This document shows positions 59,231 through 64,000 of a stretch of 64,000 nt of DNA, one piece after another. Where the stretch lies: positions 10,300 to 74,299 of the forward strand of contig JAZPYP010000007.1 of the NCBI GenBank assembly GCA_045544255.1, given 5' to 3'. The translations under genes and the position numbers were made by a program. The notes below the pieces were generated by a model that made no database searches, was not told the origin of the DNA, and saw only the letters and a program-made list of their open reading frames with translations. Within the stretch, counting starts at the first letter, position 1, and the number at the start of each line of letters is the position of its first letter. Source of the stretch: Eubacteriales bacterium. GTDB taxonomy: Bacteria > Bacillota > Clostridia > Oscillospirales > QAKW01.

Positions 59231-60008
59231 CCCCCTTTACGCCGAGAGCCTGCGCCAAAAGCTCCGTAAAGTATACCACCTTGACGTCGGATGCATTCTT
59301 TTCAAGATTATATTTGCACAAAGGACATGCAGTAACCACGATATCCGCGCCTGCCTGCTTTGCCGACTCAAGAACGCTTACGCTCTTTTTCTTTGCCGAA
59401 TCAGCATCCTCAAGCGCTATGTATCCGCCGCAGCATTCATTTCTGTAAGGATAAATAACAGGCTCTGCACCGAGCGCCGTTATAAGATCCTCGATTATTC
59501 TGGGGTTTTCGGGATCGTCCATCTGCATTACGGAATTGGGACGGAGCAAAAGACATCCGTAATATGCGCCGATCTTCACACCCTTAAGAGAATTTACCAC
59601 CTTTTGCGCTACGTTATCAAAGCCGACCTCGTCGCGCAGATATTCAAGATAGTGCATAACACGCGCTGTGCCGTGATATGTCTCATCCTTAAGATAGTTG
59701 TTCACATGGGACGCAAATTCGCTGTCATTACGCATTGCATTATCAGTTTGCTTTATTACGTTATGACACGCAGAGCAGACCGTAAGCAGTATTTCATTAT
59801 TTTTTTCTGCATATGCAAGTGCTCTTACGGATGAAAGCTTCGTTGCAATTTCATCCTTTGCGGTCGTAAATACGCCGCCGCAGCACTGCCAGTTTTCTAT
59901 TTCTTCAAGCGAAAAGCCAAGTGCGCTTGCACTGTCTTTAGCATATTTATCCAGATCCTTCGCCTTGGTTCTCAACGTGCAGCCGGGAAAGTATGCCACT
60001 TTTTTCAT
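59217..60008 (-). CDS. hdrB: Heterodisulfide reductase subunit B-like protein
   Basis: YFPGC, WQCCGG, CSAC, YYGCLLLRP, ECCGG and CPLC (two CCG domains). Confidence 0.92.
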   Translation of the reverse strand: MKKVAYFPGCTLRTKAKDLDKYAKDSASALGFSLEEIENWQCCGGVFTTAKDEIATKLSSVRALAYAEKNNEILLTVCSACHNVIKQTDNAMRNDSEFASHVNNYLKDETYHGTARVMHYLEYLRDEVGFDNVAQKVVNSLKGVKIGAYYGCLLLRPNSVMQMDDPENPRIIEDLITALGAEPVIYPYRNECCGGYIALEDADSAKKKSVSVLESAKQAGADIVVTACPLCKYNLEKNASDVKVVYFTELLAQALGVKGDENE

Positions 60009-60094
60009 TTGTATGACCGTTCCTTTCTTTCAAATTGCCGTATTAACGGATTTCCGAAACCGAAAACCCGTTAATAAGCCTTGATAATCTTTAA

Positions 60095-61471
60095 TTAAAC
60101 CATCTGCTCAGGATGGAATACCTCATCGAATTTTTCCTCTGTCAAAAAGCCGAGCTGAACGCAGGCTTCTTTAAGGGATATATTATCTTTGTAAGCCTTT
60201 TTCGCAGTCTTCGCGGCGTTTTCGTATCCGATATAAGGATTGAGTGCCGTAACGAGCATCAAGGAGTTGTGCAGATTGTGATGCATTTTTTCCTTGTTTG
60301 CGGTTATACCGACAGCGCAATTCTTGTTAAAGGATACTATCGCTTCAGCAAGAAGCCTTGCTGACTGCAAAAAGTTATATGCGCAAACGGGCATAAATAC
60401 ATTAAGCTCAAAGTTGCCCTGCGATGCCGCCATACCGACAGCAACATCGTTTCCCATTACCTGAACGGCAACCATAGTCACCGCCTCACACTGCGTGGGA
60501 TTTACCTTACCCGGCATTATTGACGAGCCGGGCTCGTTTTCGGGAATAAATATCTCTCCCAAGCCGTCACGAGGACCGCTGGCAAGCCAACGCACGTCAT
60601 TTGCTATCTTCATCATATCGCACGCAAGCGCCTTTACTGCGCCGTGTGCAAATACTATTTCATCCTTTGAGGTAAGAGAATGGAACTTATTTGCAGCAGT
60701 TACGAACGGCTTTCCTGTAAGATCAGCCACCTTCTTTGCCACAAGCTCACCAAAGCCCTTGGGGGCATTGAGTCCTGTGCCTACTGCCGTACCGCCTAGA
60801 GCAAGCTCACACAACGGCTTTACAGCCATCTTAAGAAGCTCCACATCTCTTTCAAGGCTTGAACGCCAGCCGCTTATCTCCTGGCTGAATTTTATGGGAG
60901 TTGCATCCTGTAAATGCGTTCTTCCGCTTTTTACTATGCCTTCATTTTCCTCTTCAAGACGCTTGAAGGTATCAATAAGAGTCTGTGCGGCGGGAATGAG
61001 CTTATCTTCAAGTGCAAGAACAGCCGCAATATGCATTGCCGTAGGAAAAGTGTCATTCGAGGATTGGCTCATATTAACATCGTCATTGGGATGAAGCAGC
61101 TTTGCATCAGCTATCTGATTGCCCCTGTTTGCAATAACCTCGTTTGCATTCATATTGGACTGTGTGCCCGAGCCGGTCTGCCACACCACAAGCGGAAAAT
61201 TATCATAAAGCTTGCCGCTTATGATCTCATCACATGCAGCACATATCGCTTTTACCTTTTCCTGTGTCATTTTTTCAGGACGAAGCTCACCGTTTGCCTG
61301 CGAAGCTGCTTTTTTCAGTATACCGAATGCATACGTTATCTCGCGGGGCATCGTTTCGATACCAACGCCGATCTCAAAGTTCTGACAGCTTCTTTGCGTC
61401 TGAGCAGCCCACAGCTTATCTGCCGGAACCTTCATTTCGCCCATAGAATCATGCTCTATACGGTATTCCAT
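60095..61471 (-). CDS. fumC: Class II fumarate hydratase
   Basis: GSSIMPGKVNP, QSSNDTFPT and GRTHLQDA motifs. Confidence 0.96.
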   Translation of the reverse strand: MEYRIEHDSMGEMKVPADKLWAAQTQRSCQNFEIGVGIETMPREITYAFGILKKAASQANGELRPEKMTQEKVKAICAACDEIISGKLYDNFPLVVWQTGSGTQSNMNANEVIANRGNQIADAKLLHPNDDVNMSQSSNDTFPTAMHIAAVLALEDKLIPAAQTLIDTFKRLEEENEGIVKSGRTHLQDATPIKFSQEISGWRSSLERDVELLKMAVKPLCELALGGTAVGTGLNAPKGFGELVAKKVADLTGKPFVTAANKFHSLTSKDEIVFAHGAVKALACDMMKIANDVRWLASGPRDGLGEIFIPENEPGSSIMPGKVNPTQCEAVTMVAVQVMGNDVAVGMAASQGNFELNVFMPVCAYNFLQSARLLAEAIVSFNKNCAVGITANKEKMHHNLHNSLMLVTALNPYIGYENAAKTAKKAYKDNISLKEACVQLGFLTEEKFDEVFHPEQMV

Positions 61472-61489
61472 AATTATATTCTCCCAAAA

Positions 61490-62437
61490 TTATATATTTG
61501 TCGCCTTTATTATAGCCTTAAGTGTATCTGCACTGTGACGGAGCTTTGCTATTTCATCATCGTTCAAAGGCAGATTTACCTTGCTGCGTATGCCTTTGTT
61601 TCCTACTATGCTGAGCGTACTGAGACAAACGTCGTCAATACCGTACTCACCGTGCATCATCGTTGAGACTGTCATAGTTGTATCCACACCGCTGAGCAAG
61701 CACTTGCATATGTAGCACACTGCAGTGGAAACGGCGTAGAAGGTAGCACCCTTGCGCGCGATTATCTCGCCGCCCGACTTCTGAACGTAATGTACTGCGT
61801 AATCGTAATCAAATTCGGGAAGAAGCTTTCCGTTCTTGCCCATAAATGAATTATGGCAGTCAGCTATATTGACGTTTGATACGTTGGCAAGAGACCACGG
61901 AATAAACGATGAGTCGCCGTGCTCGCCCAGAACATAGGCGTGTGCGTTATTCTGGCTGACAGAATAAAACTCTGACATTCTTGCGCGAAGGCGCGCAGTA
62001 TCAAGTATTGTACCCGAACCGATAATACGGCTTTCGGGGATACCTGAGCGCTTGCAAAATGCATATGTAAGAATATCAACAGGATTGCTTACCAGCAGAT
62101 ATACCGCATCAGGTGCAGCATGTGTGATCTCCTTCATGATCTGCTTGAGAATGTCGATATTCGTCTGAGCAAGCTCAAGGCGGGACTGTCCTGCCTTTCT
62201 CGCAACACCGGAGGTGATTATTACAATGTCTGAATTTGCGGCATCCTCGTAAGAACCTGCATTAACAGTACAAGGATTGCAGAACGGCAGACACTGTTTG
62301 ATGTCAAGCGCTTCGCCGACAGCTTTCTCGTTGTTGATGTCGATCATTACTATCTCAGATGTAAGACCCATAACAGCCAGTGTGTAGGAAATCGTTGCGC
62401 CAACGCTTCCGCTTCCGATAATTGTGATTTTGTTCAT
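61490..62437 (-). CDS. LDH/MDH-family dehydrogenase, probably malate dehydrogenase
   Basis: GSGSVG, SNPVD, LDTAR and GEHGDS motifs; specificity loop GVARKAG has Arg. Confidence 0.85.
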   Translation of the reverse strand: MNKITIIGSGSVGATISYTLAVMGLTSEIVMIDINNEKAVGEALDIKQCLPFCNPCTVNAGSYEDAANSDIVIITSGVARKAGQSRLELAQTNIDILKQIMKEITHAAPDAVYLLVSNPVDILTYAFCKRSGIPESRIIGSGTILDTARLRARMSEFYSVSQNNAHAYVLGEHGDSSFIPWSLANVSNVNIADCHNSFMGKNGKLLPEFDYDYAVHYVQKSGGEIIARKGATFYAVSTAVCYICKCLLSGVDTTMTVSTMMHGEYGIDDVCLSTLSIVGNKGIRSKVNLPLNDDEIAKLRHSADTLKAIIKATNI

Positions 62438-62702
62438 AATTATATCCTCTTTTATTTTTATTCGCCTTTTACAAGCGGAATAACTTCTTTCACACCAAAT
62501 TACAGTATACCACACGCACAGCTTCTTTTCAATATATTCAACGCTTGCAAATTAAGGAAGCCGACATAACATAAACCGCACAATCGAAATGAAAAAATTC
62601 ACATCCGCAATTAATCGCATCTATTATAATATATGCGCACGCTTTTTTCAAGGGATTTTGACAAAAAAAACAGAAAATATGGTGTACATTTTTTTAAATA
62701 AA

Positions 62703-62737
62703 ATGTGATTTTGTGAACCATTTTCACAAAATCACAT
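62703..62737. repeat. Perfect 15-bp inverted repeat with 5-nt spacer
   Basis: ATGTGATTTTGTGAA-CCATT-TTCACAAAATCACAT. Confidence 0.85.
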
Positions 62738-62921
62738 CACGCTCTTTCTTTTGTCGTCAAACAAATCATTTTTATATCACAACCTTTAAAAATAAAGAAA
62801 GTCACTTGAAATCTATCCTTTCATATGATATAATCTTTTTGGGCACTATATCTGCGCACCCACACAATAGCATCATAAAAGGAATTTGTTTTTAACCAAA
62901 AATCAAAGGAGATCGGTCTTA

Positions 62922-64000
62922 ATGGATGTATTATTAATTCTAAATTCAATGTATCCAAAACGTGATCATAACTCAAATATAATAATGAAGCTTGTCCCCT
63001 TTTGGTCGCCCAATTCACGCATAAAAATAATCACAGAGGGGAAAAAGAATACAAAAGCACATTTCCCGCAGCTAATTGATAAAACGCCTGTAAAATTCAT
63101 CACTGTAAATAAAATCGAAAAAGCGCTTATAAGCATATTCAAGAATTTCAAAGATGAAGGGGATCTGGTATATCTATTAGTTCATTTTAAAATGAAATTC
63201 CATGTTTTTCTCTCATCCCGCAGCAAGCAGGTCCTGCTTTCAACATATATGAAATTAGACCCTCCTAATATAACATCAAAAATAAATCGGAAATGTGTCA
63301 AAGCATTGTTTCTTATGGATCCGACAGATGCTATGGTTTATGAAAACAAAACTGTGAATGACGAAAGTATTGTTTTTCTTGATATGTTGAAAAACTATGA
63401 TATCATCTTTACAACACGATTTATCAACGAAGCAATGATAAAAAAAGGATATGAACCGTATATTAAACGCGTTTCTGAAATATCCTTTCCAATGGTAACA
63501 GGCTTCGACAATACCGTATTGAAAGATGATGACGGAAAGATTAAGCTTCTGTTTTGCGGTGTAATGTACAGTGATATCAGATCACCGGAATATTTACTCA
63601 AAATCGTTTCCAGACTTGACAAAAGATTTGTCATCAGTTTTATAGGTGTGCACTGTGAGCATATGATAAACAGCTTCAATGTAAAAACTGATGCTCAGAT
63701 AATAACACATCCACCTATGGATTACGATCAAATAAAACAAGTAATCGCCAATTCCGATATCCTTATTAACATCGGCAATTCTGTGCCGGTTCACATTCCT
63801 TCAAAAACCCTTGAATACATAAATACAGGAAAACCTTTTATTAACTTCTACAAATTCGACGATTGTCCAACACTGCATTATACACGCTCTTATCCTCTAT
63901 GTCTCAATATCAATGAGCAAGACATGGATCTGGAATCTGCTACACGCCGTTTTATAGATTTCTGCATAGGTACAAAAGGAAAAAGGCTTGATCAAGAATG
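62922..64000 (+). CDS. Glycosyltransferase-like (GT-B/GT4-type) protein, runs off the window end
   Basis: Hand translation from the ATG after AAGGAG stays open to the end: LLFCGVMYSDIRSP...SDILINIGNSVPVHIPSKTLEYINTGKP. Absent from the ORF track. Confidence 0.75.
   Translation, partial: MDVLLILNSMYPKRDHNSNIIMKLVPFWSPNSRIKIITEGKKNTKAHFPQLIDKTPVKFITVNKIEKALISIFKNFKDEGDLVYLLVHFKMKFHVFLSSRSKQVLLSTYMKLDPPNITSKINRKCVKALFLMDPTDAMVYENKTVNDESIVFLDMLKNYDIIFTTRFINEAMIKKGYEPYIKRVSEISFPMVTGFDNTVLKDDDGKIKLLFCGVMYSDIRSPEYLLKIVSRLDKRFVISFIGVHCEHMINSFNVKTDAQIITHPPMDYDQIKQVIANSDILINIGNSVPVHIPSKTLEYINTGKPFINFYKFDDCPTLHYTRSYPLCLNINEQDMDLESATRRFIDFCIGTKGKRLDQE

Noticed and set aside
56395-60008. Methanogenesis or sulfate-reduction marker; selenocysteine recoding
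   Set aside because: No mcr, dsr or hydrogenase genes in the window; the ORFs are uninterrupted and use Cys

Overview
Anaerobic Firmicutes (Clostridia-like) DNA dominated by metabolic and energy-conservation genes. I found no CRISPR array, transposase or phage gene. The window reads as two compositionally different halves joined near 38.5-38.7 kb, just upstream of a tRNA-Leu(CAA). The left half carries tandem polysaccharide deacetylases, ilvE, trmO, azlCD, sulP, sugar-catabolic genes, an F-type ATP synthase operon, a complete rnfCDGEAB operon with a flavinylation module (NusG-II, Gx, a duplicated-domain lipoprotein, apbE), and an acyl-CoA ligase with an E2-like partner. The right half carries an Lhr-like helicase, a NYN protein, mntP, paaK and a 12-gene mdh-fumC-hdrBCA-flxDCBA-frdBA-exporter cluster. 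The strongest candidate for an undescribed system is the ATP synthase: subunit b, the C-terminal domain of delta and the whole alpha subunit form one 736-aa ORF, next to a second free b-like gene. This implies up to three stator stalks per enzyme. Other highlights are a soluble, probably electron-bifurcating fumarate-reduction operon, a candidate structured ncRNA at 45165-45383, a multi-hairpin element behind the tRNA, and a metallo-beta-lactamase-fold/KDPG-aldolase fusion. All assignments come from reading motifs by eye; no searches were run.
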